From Nanobdellota archaeon (GTDB lineage: Archaea; Nanobdellota; Nanobdellia; Pacearchaeales; GW2011-AR1): a stretch of 64,000 nucleotides of DNA. Shown piece after piece: positions 16,865 through 26,680 of the stretch (position 1 is the first letter of the stretch; every line of letters starts with the position of its first letter). A program made the translations under genes and the position numbers. Below the pieces are notes generated by a model. The model worked only from the letters and a program-made list of their open reading frames with translations, searched no databases and was not told the origin of the DNA. The stretch covers positions 64,001-128,000 of the forward strand of contig JBBSXC010000004.1 of the NCBI GenBank assembly GCA_038045945.1. Direction: 5' to 3'.

Positions 16865-17893
16865 TTATTCGAATAGTGATGACAACTCTTTCTTACGGTA
16901 AGCTTCGAATAATACTATTAGGTATGATAATATTAGCGGTCCTAGTATGAATCCTAGTATTCCGAAAGCGAATAATCCTCCAACCATCCCTATTAGCCCT
17001 ATTGCTGTGTGCATCTTACCGTTTTTTGATATGTAGTATGTTCTTAGTATTCCTTCAACCACTATTGTGACTACGACCGCATAAATTGCTAATGCTACTC
17101 CGTAACCCACATGATCATTAGAGATTAAGTAAATTGATGCTGGAACCCAAACCATCCATATCCCTAGTATTGGTATTATCCCGAAAAGTATTGCTACGAA
17201 CGTTAATAGTAGTGCGCTTGGTACTTTGAATGCGAATAATCCTATACCTATAAGTATTCCCATAACCACACTCACGATTATTGAACCGTAAATTACTGCG
17301 TTAGTAATATTTTTGAATTCTGACATAAGCTTTTGTTCTGTCTTTTCTGTGAATGGCGATATGCTTTTAATGTACTCACCAAAATTCTTAGAGTCTTTTA
17401 GAGAGTAGAATAATGAGAATAACACTATTAATCCCTCAAGTATTAGCGTTGGTAAATCAAAGAGGAAGTTTGAGAATGTTCCTGAGAATCCTCCAGCTGC
17501 CTTCCCAACTAATGCTGATAGTGCTGCGCTTAGATTAGCATAAAATACTTCGTTAAACACCCCATCTGCGAACAGGCGCCTCATAAACGATACTAAATCC
17601 ACCTTCTGTATCATTATGAAAAAGTCAAATACTTGTTGACTTATCACTGGGAACAAAAACCATAACGGTAAAAAGATTATTAGAAATACTAAGAAAATGA
17701 TTATTAATGCAGAAATATTTCTTTCTTTAACGAATGATAAAATCTTGTTATATAAAGGCCTAAAAATGTACCCTAATAGAAGACCGGTAATTATTGCTAA
17801 AAATATTGGTTTTACTATTATAACTGACAAAACTATCAAACAAAGAATCAGTGCTACCGATATATACTTTCTAAGATGTATTTCTGAGGACAT
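16865..17893 (-). CDS. AI-2E family transporter
   Basis: GYIFRPLY, GIIPILG, GGLFAFGILGFILGPLIL; start revised to MSSEIH. Confidence 0.9.
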   Translation of the reverse strand: MSSEIHLRKYISVALILCLIVLSVIIVKPIFLAIITGLLLGYIFRPLYNKILSFVKERNISALIIIFLVFLIIFLPLWFLFPVISQQVFDFFIMIQKVDLVSFMRRLFADGVFNEVFYANLSAALSALVGKAAGGFSGTFSNFLFDLPTLILEGLIVLFSLFYSLKDSKNFGEYIKSISPFTEKTEQKLMSEFKNITNAVIYGSIIVSVVMGILIGIGLFAFKVPSALLLTFVAILFGIIPILGIWMVWVPASIYLISNDHVGYGVALAIYAVVVTIVVEGILRTYYISKNGKMHTAIGLIGMVGGLFAFGILGFILGPLILSYLIVLFEAYRKKELSSLFE

Positions 17894-18030
17894 AAATGTA
17901 GCAGTAGTAACAAACTTATAAACCTTATTATAACTACGATGATAATCAGAGTTATCATGAAAAGAAATAATTTTGTAGTAACAAATTCTTATCAATTAGA
18001 TTTATAAATATAAAATCACGTTTTATTATT

Positions 18031-18750
18031 ATGAATAGTACAATTAACAAAGTTTTTTCTGGAAAAATCGATGATGAAGCTCATGGCGACTTCGTAAAGT
18101 TTAGTAAAGGACTTTTTACTGATAAGTTCTTAGTTGATGCTAAGAAACAGAAGGGCGGAATTTTCTCTTTTAAGACTAGTTACGAGTTTGCTAACTACTT
18201 GGTTAGGACTTGCGCTAGTGAAGTATCCGATAATTCACCAATTGAGGTTACAGGAGTTGTTGTTTCTACTCGTAACTTAAAGAGCGAACTACCTTTCCCA
18301 ATTAGTAGCGTTAAACAATTCGCTGGCGTTAAACAAGCAATCATTAAAGCTTCTATTAAGCCTTCAGACATATTGGCAGCTACTGAAAAACTCCCTAAAG
18401 CTTTTTTTGCATTATCATTCAAAACTAGTAAGAGTCAACTAAAAATTAAAGCTAAGGCCCCTAAATCAGGAAAGCCATCAACTAAGGGAGACGTTAAAGC
18501 TGTTCCAGACTTTTGCAGCCTTAAAACCACAAACCACGTTATAGTTCACGACTTATTATTTGACATTAAAGATAAAGTTTTTGATTCAGCAAGCATCTCT
18601 CACAATTTTGAGATTAAGAGGATTAATGTTCCTAAAGGAGTAACTGACCCTGTTGCTATGAGAGAGAAAGCAACAAGAGAAGGAACAATTAAGAGAAGAA
18701 TAATTCTTGGAGAAGAAGTATTTGAAGAAAGTAAAGAATTCAACATTTAA
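18031..18750 (+). CDS. Hypothetical protein
   Basis: 239-aa ORF with TTTATAAA 30 nt upstream. Confidence 0.75.
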   Translation: MNSTINKVFSGKIDDEAHGDFVKFSKGLFTDKFLVDAKKQKGGIFSFKTSYEFANYLVRTCASEVSDNSPIEVTGVVVSTRNLKSELPFPISSVKQFAGVKQAIIKASIKPSDILAATEKLPKAFFALSFKTSKSQLKIKAKAPKSGKPSTKGDVKAVPDFCSLKTTNHVIVHDLLFDIKDKVFDSASISHNFEIKRINVPKGVTDPVAMREKATREGTIKRRIILGEEVFEESKEFNI

Positions 18751-18806
18751 TAATTATATTCTTGAGAATAATTAATGTTATAAGCTAACCAATCGCCCAC
18801 CATAAC

Positions 18807-19217
18807 ATGAGCTACTCTCCACAAACTGGTAAAACAATCCTAGAAAAGCTTAGAGAAAAATCATGGAACCCTTATGATTCAACTAATACTAGAAGCATCG
18901 GATCTGATGGGGTTATAAGAAACGGCCCTGCCGAGGAATTTGCAATAGGCAATAAGTACGTTTTGTTACCAGTAGCTAAAAACCCAAGAGATCCAGAACA
19001 GGTCATGAGTAAACTTGAGAAATTATCCGTAAAAATCGGTAGAGAAACTCCAACAATTATGGTTAGAGGCGAAAGAATGGGGTGGACAGGTTTTAGAATA
19101 GGAGCACAAGACATTAAAGTAATTAATGAGATGGGGCAAATTGTTCCATACGAAGAATTCTTAAGATGTTTAGAAACAATTGTTGATGCAAGAACAGGCA
19201 TTTATCCAGCAGACTAA
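18807..19217 (+). CDS. Hypothetical protein
   Basis: 136-aa ORF, globular composition, TATA-like element upstream. Confidence 0.65.
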   Translation: MSYSPQTGKTILEKLREKSWNPYDSTNTRSIGSDGVIRNGPAEEFAIGNKYVLLPVAKNPRDPEQVMSKLEKLSVKIGRETPTIMVRGERMGWTGFRIGAQDIKVINEMGQIVPYEEFLRCLETIVDARTGIYPAD

Positions 19218-19274
19218 TCAGCCCATAACGCTTTAATACTTACTCAATGCTTAATTACTCAAAGGTGATGAAAG

Positions 19275-20705
19275 TTGAATTCTGAAAAAAATAAGAAAAT
19301 CTCAGCTCTAAAAACAAGTATTTACGAAGGAGGAGGATTTGAGGTTATGAGCGGTTTTGGAACAAGGTACTTATCACCCTTCGCTGTTGCACTAGGAGCA
19401 GGCAACACTTTTATGAGCTTGTTTGCAACCTTGCCAACTCTAATAGCAGGGCTTTTCCAAATACTAACACTAAAATCCTTTTATGATCACTCAAGAAAAA
19501 AAGTTGTTATGTTCAGCGTTGCAGCACAAATAATTTTTTGGCTCCCACTAGTTTTTTGCGCATCATTATTTTATTATGATAAAATAAGTGTTAGTTTATC
19601 ACTAATAATACTCTTCTTGTCATACACACTACTATCAATATTTGGTGCTTTAGCAAGCCCATCTTGGAATTCTTGGATGAGGGACCTTGTACCTAAAAAA
19701 TCCGGGAACTATTTTGGCAAGAGAACAGCAATAATTGGAACTATTGGAATAATATCAATGGTTATTGGTGGAATAATTTTAGACTTTTTCAAAAAATCAT
19801 CCCCTAACAAACTAATGATTGGTTTCTCAGTAATTTTCATAATAGCAATAATTGGAAGATCAGTATCATTATCGTTTTTTAGGAAACAGTATGAACCAAA
19901 ACATAAAAGTTATAAGTCATCATACTTCAGCTTTTTTTCATTTATAAAAAACATTGAAAAACATGGTAACAACTTCGGAAAGTTTTCTGTGTTCATAGGA
20001 ATTTTTGGTTTAGGAGTGGCTATTGCTTCACCATTCTTCTCAGTTTACATGTTAAAAGACATAGGATTCTCAAACTCATACTTGTCTTACACAATAATAT
20101 CAATTGTTTCCTTAGCATCAATAATGGCTTTTTCTCCATCATGGGGAAGAATCATTGATAAGCATGGTAACGTAGCAGTGATGAAGTTTTGCTCAATAGG
20201 GATAGCATTCGTACCATTACTGTGGGCTTTCTCTTTTATGATATACAACAACTTCGGCTTTTCAGTAACTGCTGCTTACTTATTCTTTATTGAAATATTC
20301 ACAGGTTTCGTTTGGGGCGGTTATAACCTATCATCAGCAGTTTTTATTTATGAAGCAGTAACTAAAGAAAAAATGGCTTTGTGCGTTGCTTACAATGGAA
20401 TTATTGGTGCAGCAGGAGCTGTAATAGGATCGATAATTGGGAGAATAATGATGAACTATAGTGGGCCAATACCAATTTTAGGAAATGTAAACTACTTCGT
20501 TTTCGTGTTCTTAATCAGTTTTGTTGCTAGACTAACAATAGCAATATTTTTCTCCTCAACCTTTAAAGAAGTAAGAAAAGTCAAGAAAGCGAGCCTTAAC
20601 CTTAAAGACGTCCAAGAAGCAGCACTTTACCCACTAACAATAATAAAAAAGTACACTAACAACCACCAATGGTCATTATTCCACCCGCCATGGAAAGCAA
20701 TATAA
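19275..20705 (+). CDS. MFS transporter
   Basis: 12 TM pattern, WNSWMRDLVP..GNYFGKR, WGRIIDKHGN motif; GGTGA SD. Confidence 0.9.
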   Translation: MNSEKNKKISALKTSIYEGGGFEVMSGFGTRYLSPFAVALGAGNTFMSLFATLPTLIAGLFQILTLKSFYDHSRKKVVMFSVAAQIIFWLPLVFCASLFYYDKISVSLSLIILFLSYTLLSIFGALASPSWNSWMRDLVPKKSGNYFGKRTAIIGTIGIISMVIGGIILDFFKKSSPNKLMIGFSVIFIIAIIGRSVSLSFFRKQYEPKHKSYKSSYFSFFSFIKNIEKHGNNFGKFSVFIGIFGLGVAIASPFFSVYMLKDIGFSNSYLSYTIISIVSLASIMAFSPSWGRIIDKHGNVAVMKFCSIGIAFVPLLWAFSFMIYNNFGFSVTAAYLFFIEIFTGFVWGGYNLSSAVFIYEAVTKEKMALCVAYNGIIGAAGAVIGSIIGRIMMNYSGPIPILGNVNYFVFVFLISFVARLTIAIFFSSTFKEVRKVKKASLNLKDVQEAALYPLTIIKKYTNNHQWSLFHPPWKAI

Positions 20706-20707
20706 TG

Positions 20708-22093
20708 CTATTCTTTCAAAAAACTTAGTCTGTCACAAGCCTTGCATACGATGTTGAATCCGTCATTCTTAGCTAAATTACTAGTTGAAGTATGCTTTTT
20801 ACAAATAATGCATTGTTTAAGACATCTAGTACAACCAGATTTACCATTACTAAAATCTTCCCTAGAATGATTCTTACAAACTCCAGATTTGCAGATATTA
20901 CAATAAGAAAAGCACTTACCACAAAGCTTCTTAGCGCAATAATCACAGTTCTTGGTTGAACACTTCTTACACATTGGGCTGTAACAATCAGAACAATTCC
21001 ATGAACAATTAACACAAGAAAGGTGAGAAGAGTTACAAAGACTTAATTCAACAGTTTCTCTCTCGCACGAATCACACTTGAAAGGGGGGGAAAGCTTTTG
21101 TGTGAAAGGATCATAATTCTTATCAACAAACTTAGTCTTATCCTTAGACTTAATTTGAAGAGTAAAAGTGTAAAGAGGACAAGCAATCAGTGTTGTGCTT
21201 AACAACTTATTATTAACATTAAGTCCGTGCTTTTGAGACTCCTCAAGCAAAAAGAAAGATTCTTCATGCGTTAGATTCTTCAAATAATCAGAATTTTTTA
21301 GTTCATCAATGCTCTTCTTAACCTTAAGGATTTTTTGAGAAATAGTCAATAAGTCACCAGGCTTAGCCTTAGACTGCTGTTTTTCTAGATCATTAGCTTG
21401 AGCTTGTAGTCTAGTAATAGAAACTTCGTATTCTGCTCTTTGTTTAGAATAATGCTCCTTAATCCGCGCCTCCTCCTTAGCCAACTTATCAGTTAATAAC
21501 ACACTTGTTTGATCAATTCTAGAACTAACAAGCTCCTTAAGGTGCTTTTTTGCAGAATCATAATTATTCTTAGACATGGTAGGATCAGCCGCAATCTCAA
21601 AAGGCTCAGACTTATAATTGTCTAACAAAAAATTAACAACTTCACCATTCTTAATGAATAATTGGTTAACAACCTGCTCCTTCTCATTAAGATACTGTAA
21701 GAGTGTTTGAAAAGTGAATCGGTAAACAAAATCATAATTCTCCTTAGTTGTGAAACCAACAATTTCAGCATTCCGCAAGCGTAAATGCCTCTTAAAAGCG
21801 CCTAAGTAGTCATCAGGAAAAATAATTCTAACACAACTAGTACTGCCCTTCTTTTCTAAATAATCAGAAATTTTTTGCAAAATAAGACTGCCTTTAGTAA
21901 CAAGTTCTGTGAAAGACTTACCACTAATAATAGAAGGATCATAATTGAAAGAGTAAGGTCCAGCCTTGCCGTAACTATTCTCAAAATCCTTAGGAACGCT
22001 AGTAATATCACTAGAAACAGAATCAGAATTTACAGTTGCACCTATACCCTTAAAGAATTCTTCAACTAAGGGTCGCAAATCATTATTATCCAT
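20708..22093 (-). CDS. Coiled-coil protein with C-terminal poly-CxxC zinc-finger region (YqhG-like partner)
   Basis: Central coiled coil, about 12 CxxC/CxxH knuckles at C-terminus; 8-nt overlap with SNF2 gene. Confidence 0.75.
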   Translation of the reverse strand: MDNNDLRPLVEEFFKGIGATVNSDSVSSDITSVPKDFENSYGKAGPYSFNYDPSIISGKSFTELVTKGSLILQKISDYLEKKGSTSCVRIIFPDDYLGAFKRHLRLRNAEIVGFTTKENYDFVYRFTFQTLLQYLNEKEQVVNQLFIKNGEVVNFLLDNYKSEPFEIAADPTMSKNNYDSAKKHLKELVSSRIDQTSVLLTDKLAKEEARIKEHYSKQRAEYEVSITRLQAQANDLEKQQSKAKPGDLLTISQKILKVKKSIDELKNSDYLKNLTHEESFFLLEESQKHGLNVNNKLLSTTLIACPLYTFTLQIKSKDKTKFVDKNYDPFTQKLSPPFKCDSCERETVELSLCNSSHLSCVNCSWNCSDCYSPMCKKCSTKNCDYCAKKLCGKCFSYCNICKSGVCKNHSREDFSNGKSGCTRCLKQCIICKKHTSTSNLAKNDGFNIVCKACDRLSFLKE

Positions 22094-23933
22094 TGTTTAA
22101 TACCTCTAATTTTTCTTCGTCAGGGACTTTTGTTTCATCAAATTTTCCTTTATCAAGTATTTCCTCATTCTTAGTCTTTGTTTCTTGATAATCCTTAATG
22201 CCTTTTTGCACGAGCTCCGAAATCTTTTTTACGTCAGCAGCAAAAACGTCCAGGTTATTCTTAGACTCAATAAAAGCATCCATTAACATCTCCTCAATCT
22301 TATTCCTACCAGACTCCATATCACTATCAAGACCAAGATTAAACAATATGATAGGCAACTCCCCAATAACTAAACCAATACAACACATCTTATTAATTAT
22401 TAAGTCAACAACGTGTTCCTCCATAGTCTTCTTAGTTGCTAAACTATAAACGTTCATGTCATGACTTTGACCAATCCTGTCAAGCCTCCCAATTCTTTGC
22501 TCAACAGACATGGGATTCCAAGGCAAATCATAATTTATTAGGTTATGACAAAACTGAAAGTTTAATCCCTCAGCACCAGTCTCAGTAGAAATCATTATGT
22601 TAGCACCATTACGAAAAGCTAAAACTCTTTTACTTTTCTCTTCTCTATCAAGACCGCCCAAGTATTCAACAATACTAAGTTTTATTTCACCTAACTGACT
22701 AAGCTTCTCAACCATATACCTTAAGGTTGTTGGGTGACGAGTATAAATCAAAACTTGTTCTTTAGGGTTATCTTTAAATATTCCTCTAATTATTTCTAGC
22801 AACTTCTCCATTTTAGAGTCCTTCTGGATAGCTTTATACTTAGCCAGAACTCTTAAAGCAGAAATCTTTGTTTTTGCATGATACTTATGCTCACTTGCTA
22901 TAATGTTTTCTAAAGTTTCCATAGCAGACTTTATAGAACTAGTCATTTTTGGAAGCATAGCAAAAATTATTAGACGACCATTCATCTCCATGCCATCTAA
23001 AGAAAAATATTCTTTCTTAAGTAACTCGCACATGGAGTTGTAAGCGTCCAGTTCCTGAGGTGTTAATTCTACAGCTATGATCTTAGCTACTCTTTTTTTG
23101 TAATCAACCTTTGTTTCGTCACGCCTCCTACGAATCATTACTTCATCAAGCTTCTTTTTCAGTTCTCTAGGCTTAAGAGGATGCCTCTTATTCCCGCGAT
23201 AAAAAAACTCTTTTTTGAATTCGTTAATTGTTCCTAAATGACCTCTCTTTAACAAATGAAGAAGATTATAAAGTTCTAATAAATCATTTTGGAATGGTGT
23301 GGCCGTTAACACCAAAAACCTCTTCTTTTGTATTTTGTCAACAAACTCCCACCTCCTAGTATTCCTATCCTTGAGTTTGTGTGCTTCATCAACTATTAAC
23401 AAATCCCAAGCAATTTTGTGTGCTTCGCTGTGTCGAAAATCTCCTTTATCCTTATCAAATACTTTCACTCTATCCATTGACGCTACGACCAAGTTCGCTG
23501 TCAACCAGTCTTCTTCTTTCTCTATTATTTTAAAGTCTAACTCAAACTTTTCTTTAAGTTCAGCAACCCACTGATCAACTAAGCTTGGAGGCGTTAGTAT
23601 CAAAGCCTTCTTTACTATCCCCCTATGCAAACACTCCTTTATCACGATCCCAGCAGTTACTGTCTTTCCGAGTCCCACTTCATCAGCAAGCAGCCCAGAA
23701 CCTTTTAAGTCTCGTAAAATTTTTAGTGCTCCCTCTTTTTGGTGAGGTAACTCATACAAGAGATTTTTTCTTATTGCTTCATAACTCATTATTTCTTTTA
23801 TTTCAGAATCATGCATTACTTCTTGAGAGCTAAGATTAAGTTTTGCTAGTGCTGGACTATCATACTTCTTTTCATCTAATTTTTTTAGCATTTCGCTATC
23901 ATCATCAAATGATTCATTAATAGTTATCACCAT
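22086..23933 (-). CDS. SNF2-family ATPase/helicase (YqhH/RapA-like)
   Basis: LPHQ, LADEVGLGKT, DEAH, TATP, EGLNFQ, YDLPWNP..EQRIGRLDRIGQ. Confidence 0.95.
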   Translation of the reverse strand: MVITINESFDDDSEMLKKLDEKKYDSPALAKLNLSSQEVMHDSEIKEIMSYEAIRKNLLYELPHQKEGALKILRDLKGSGLLADEVGLGKTVTAGIVIKECLHRGIVKKALILTPPSLVDQWVAELKEKFELDFKIIEKEEDWLTANLVVASMDRVKVFDKDKGDFRHSEAHKIAWDLLIVDEAHKLKDRNTRRWEFVDKIQKKRFLVLTATPFQNDLLELYNLLHLLKRGHLGTINEFKKEFFYRGNKRHPLKPRELKKKLDEVMIRRRRDETKVDYKKRVAKIIAVELTPQELDAYNSMCELLKKEYFSLDGMEMNGRLIIFAMLPKMTSSIKSAMETLENIIASEHKYHAKTKISALRVLAKYKAIQKDSKMEKLLEIIRGIFKDNPKEQVLIYTRHPTTLRYMVEKLSQLGEIKLSIVEYLGGLDREEKSKRVLAFRNGANIMISTETGAEGLNFQFCHNLINYDLPWNPMSVEQRIGRLDRIGQSHDMNVYSLATKKTMEEHVVDLIINKMCCIGLVIGELPIILFNLGLDSDMESGRNKIEEMLMDAFIESKNNLDVFAADVKKISELVQKGIKDYQETKTKNEEILDKGKFDETKVPDEEKLEVLNNG

Positions 23934-24037
23934 GTTATATGTTTGTTATTACCTCTTACCGTTTTTCCTCTTTTGAAAGTTATTTATCAAATAATTAGTG
24001 GTTTTTAAGAATGATTATAATGAAAAAGTTAAAATAA

Positions 24038-24571
24038 TTACAAGCCAAGAACAAAATCAGCGAATTCTCTTCTCACAATAGCAAGTTCTCTCATTCCTTC
24101 TTTACCAAGGCCAATTGCAATTGGGGAGTCAGATTGAGGAGATTCAGAAGGATTATCAATAGTTATTAGATAATCCTTAGACTTTTTATCAATACTAAAA
24201 ACTTCATAATTAGTACTGTTATAATGTCTAAGTCCGTATAATTCCATAAAACCATTAGAAACAATTACTCTTGGACCAAGACTATCAGACCTAAAATTTG
24301 CAGAAACACTTGAAGATTTTCCAGCCCCGTCAGAGTTAACCCCAGACCAAGAAAGAACTTCACCAGGGAGAATCATGTTCTCCAGAACGTAAGCCCTTAC
24401 TGAATCCCTACCCGCACTTTTCAAATTGCAGTAAAACAAAGGATCATCTTTTAATTTACGCCCATCATCAGACCTATGAAGATCTAAATCAATACCCCTT
24501 TTCCTAGACTCCTCAATAACTTTAGCTACTTGCTCAGCACTAAGACTTTTATCTAATAGGAATATACTCAT
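24038..24571 (-). CDS. Hypothetical protein
   Basis: 177-aa ORF, TATA about 30 nt upstream, divergent from the Ntn protease. Confidence 0.7.
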   Translation of the reverse strand: MSIFLLDKSLSAEQVAKVIEESRKRGIDLDLHRSDDGRKLKDDPLFYCNLKSAGRDSVRAYVLENMILPGEVLSWSGVNSDGAGKSSSVSANFRSDSLGPRVIVSNGFMELYGLRHYNSTNYEVFSIDKKSKDYLITIDNPSESPQSDSPIAIGLGKEGMRELAIVRREFADFVLGL

Positions 24572-24664
24572 AATAAAACTAAAAATAACAGCTATATAAA
24601 CCTTACCCTTTAGATTAACTTATTAGTAGTAACATTTATATATCCTCCTTCCTCTTATTTTTTT

Positions 24665-25354
24665 ATGACTACTGTTGTTGGCATATCTCATGAAGACCCT
24701 AATGTAGCATTGCTTGCGGCTGACAGGCAGGGAACAATAATGCTTGAGGGCAGAGCTCAGGAAAAGAGCATGGGGCATAGAAAACTATTCTTAGATAAGG
24801 ATGGAAATTATGCTCTTGGACACTCCGGCGCTTATGACGAAAAAACTGCTGAGCTTATAGAAAAAATTCAATCAGGAAAAATTGATATGAAAGCAGTTGT
24901 TGAAAGCGGCAAATTTGAAGAATTAAGAGAACTGAATCTTGGTAGATTGGGGAGAAAGACTCCAGATCTTGAAAGAATGAGCTCATTCTTATTAATCAGC
25001 AGGTATGACGGAAAGACCAGACTTCAAACCTGTTGGCCCTTAGGAGATGTCGAGAATAGAGGCCTTACTTATATCGGCTCTGGAAGTCAAAGGGCCGCAG
25101 AATACTTCAACGCAAGAAAAACATTGTCGCAAACAAGAGATTACAGAAGGTTGAAGAATGATAAAACAGAGATAGCAGACATAATTGTTGCGGGTCTTGA
25201 AGCCGTGAGATATGCTCAAATGATTGACATACACTCCTCAGGACTAGACCTAGTTGTTGCAACCCCAGAGGGTTTGAAAGACCATGAGACATCTCTTAGT
25301 GATGACTTCTTTGCAAGAAAACTAAAGACTATATGCAGAGACTATAAGAAATAA
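24665..25354 (+). CDS. Proteasome-beta-like Ntn (Thr) hydrolase without propeptide
   Basis: M-TTVVGI, AADRQ, HRKLF, IGSGS, DIHSSG correspond to Thr1/Asp17/Lys33/Ser129/Asp166/Ser169. Confidence 0.8.
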   Translation: MTTVVGISHEDPNVALLAADRQGTIMLEGRAQEKSMGHRKLFLDKDGNYALGHSGAYDEKTAELIEKIQSGKIDMKAVVESGKFEELRELNLGRLGRKTPDLERMSSFLLISRYDGKTRLQTCWPLGDVENRGLTYIGSGSQRAAEYFNARKTLSQTRDYRRLKNDKTEIADIIVAGLEAVRYAQMIDIHSSGLDLVVATPEGLKDHETSLSDDFFARKLKTICRDYKK

Positions 25355-25373
25355 CCAACTGGTAAACCACTAA

Positions 25374-25685
25374 CTATTTCGGGCATTCTCCATCAGTCCA
25401 GTATGACACGTCAAGGTTATGACAGGCAAAGCAAGAATTACTGTACGTTTGTGCGCAAGGATACTTTATACACTGTATCTTTTCTGGATCACTCCATCCA
25501 CAAACTGGTTTGTAGAGCTCTACACAAAAATCTCCCAGCCTTGATTCATTATCACAATAATTATTTATTAGTACTGGTGGCTCTTTAACGGAGTAATAAT
25601 AGTAAGCTACCCATAAACCAGATAATAATAAGATTATTATCACCCCTACAGCTATTATCAAAAAGTTTATCTTTTTCATCTTCAT
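25374..25685 (-). CDS. Membrane-anchored Kazal-type domain protein
   Basis: N-terminal TM; CVELYKPVCG...TYSNSCFAC...GEC. Confidence 0.75.
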   Translation of the reverse strand: MKMKKINFLIIAVGVIIILLLSGLWVAYYYYSVKEPPVLINNYCDNESRLGDFCVELYKPVCGWSDPEKIQCIKYPCAQTYSNSCFACHNLDVSYWTDGECPK

Positions 25686-25761
25686 TGTTAAGGTTTTTAG
25701 AGTTTATTAAAATAACTTTTCTTTCCATAACGCTTTTATATCGTGAAAATGAACAATTTGT

Positions 25762-26673
25762 ATGATCAAGATACTACTATACTACAAGTACGTAAATATT
25801 AATGATATTGAATCGTTCAAGAATAAGCACTTAGCTGATTGCGAATCACTAGGCTTAAAAGGAAGAATTCTACTGTCAGCCGAGGGAATTAACGGATCTG
25901 TTAGCGGTACTGCCCAGCAAACAGAGTCGTACAAAAAACTCCTTACTTCTGACTCGCGATTTAGCGATATTAAATTCAAAGAAGATGACGGCGTTTCTCA
26001 CCCTTTCAAAAGAATGATTATTAAGGTTAAGAAAGAGATTGTTCGTTTCGAACATGACGTTAACCTAAAAAACACCGGTAAGCATATCTCTCCTAAACAA
26101 TTCTTAGAAGTTTACGAATTAGATGATAATGATAAACCTTTGATTATTGATGCTCGTAATAATTATGAGGCCAGGGTTGGACGCTTCAAAGATGCTGTTA
26201 TTCTCCCCATTAAGACTTTCTCTGAATTCCCTAAAGCTATTAATGACCTTAATATTCCTAAAAATAAACCTGTTGTTATGTACTGTACTGGTGGTGTTCG
26301 CTGCGAAAAAGCCAGCGCTTTCATGAAAGAGCAAGGTTACAACGATGTAAGCCAGCTTTCTGGCGGTATTCTTACTTTTGGTAAAGAATTTCCTGATACG
26401 GTTTGGGAGGGTAAGTGTTTCGTTTTTGATAAACGCCTTCTTTCTCCGATTAATAAAAAGGACGTTAATAACATCCCCCTTACTTCTTGCGAGTCTTGCA
26501 GCATTCCTTGTGACTTGTATAAGAATTGTCGTAATGTTACGTGTGACAAGTACACTATCATGTGCATATCATGCGATGATAAGTTAGCAGGTAACTGCAG
26601 CGAAAAATGCAAAAAAGAATACTTAGCTTCTAGAGAAGAAAGAATGGAAGATGAAATAGAGATAAAAAATTGA
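25762..26673 (+). CDS. trhO: Rhodanese-domain tRNA hydroxylase-like protein (UPF0176/TrhO/YceA)
   Basis: GRILLSAEGINGSVSG, IDARNNYE, YCTGGVRCEK, WEGKCFVFDKR. Confidence 0.88.
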   Translation: MIKILLYYKYVNINDIESFKNKHLADCESLGLKGRILLSAEGINGSVSGTAQQTESYKKLLTSDSRFSDIKFKEDDGVSHPFKRMIIKVKKEIVRFEHDVNLKNTGKHISPKQFLEVYELDDNDKPLIIDARNNYEARVGRFKDAVILPIKTFSEFPKAINDLNIPKNKPVVMYCTGGVRCEKASAFMKEQGYNDVSQLSGGILTFGKEFPDTVWEGKCFVFDKRLLSPINKKDVNNIPLTSCESCSIPCDLYKNCRNVTCDKYTIMCISCDDKLAGNCSEKCKKEYLASREERMEDEIEIKN

Positions 26674-26680
26674 TCATTAT

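Noticed and set aside
20708-25354. Prophage or integrated element around the SNF2/Ntn genes
   Set aside because: No integrase, att repeats, tRNA boundary or virion genes visible; SNF2 pair codon bias matches the chromosome
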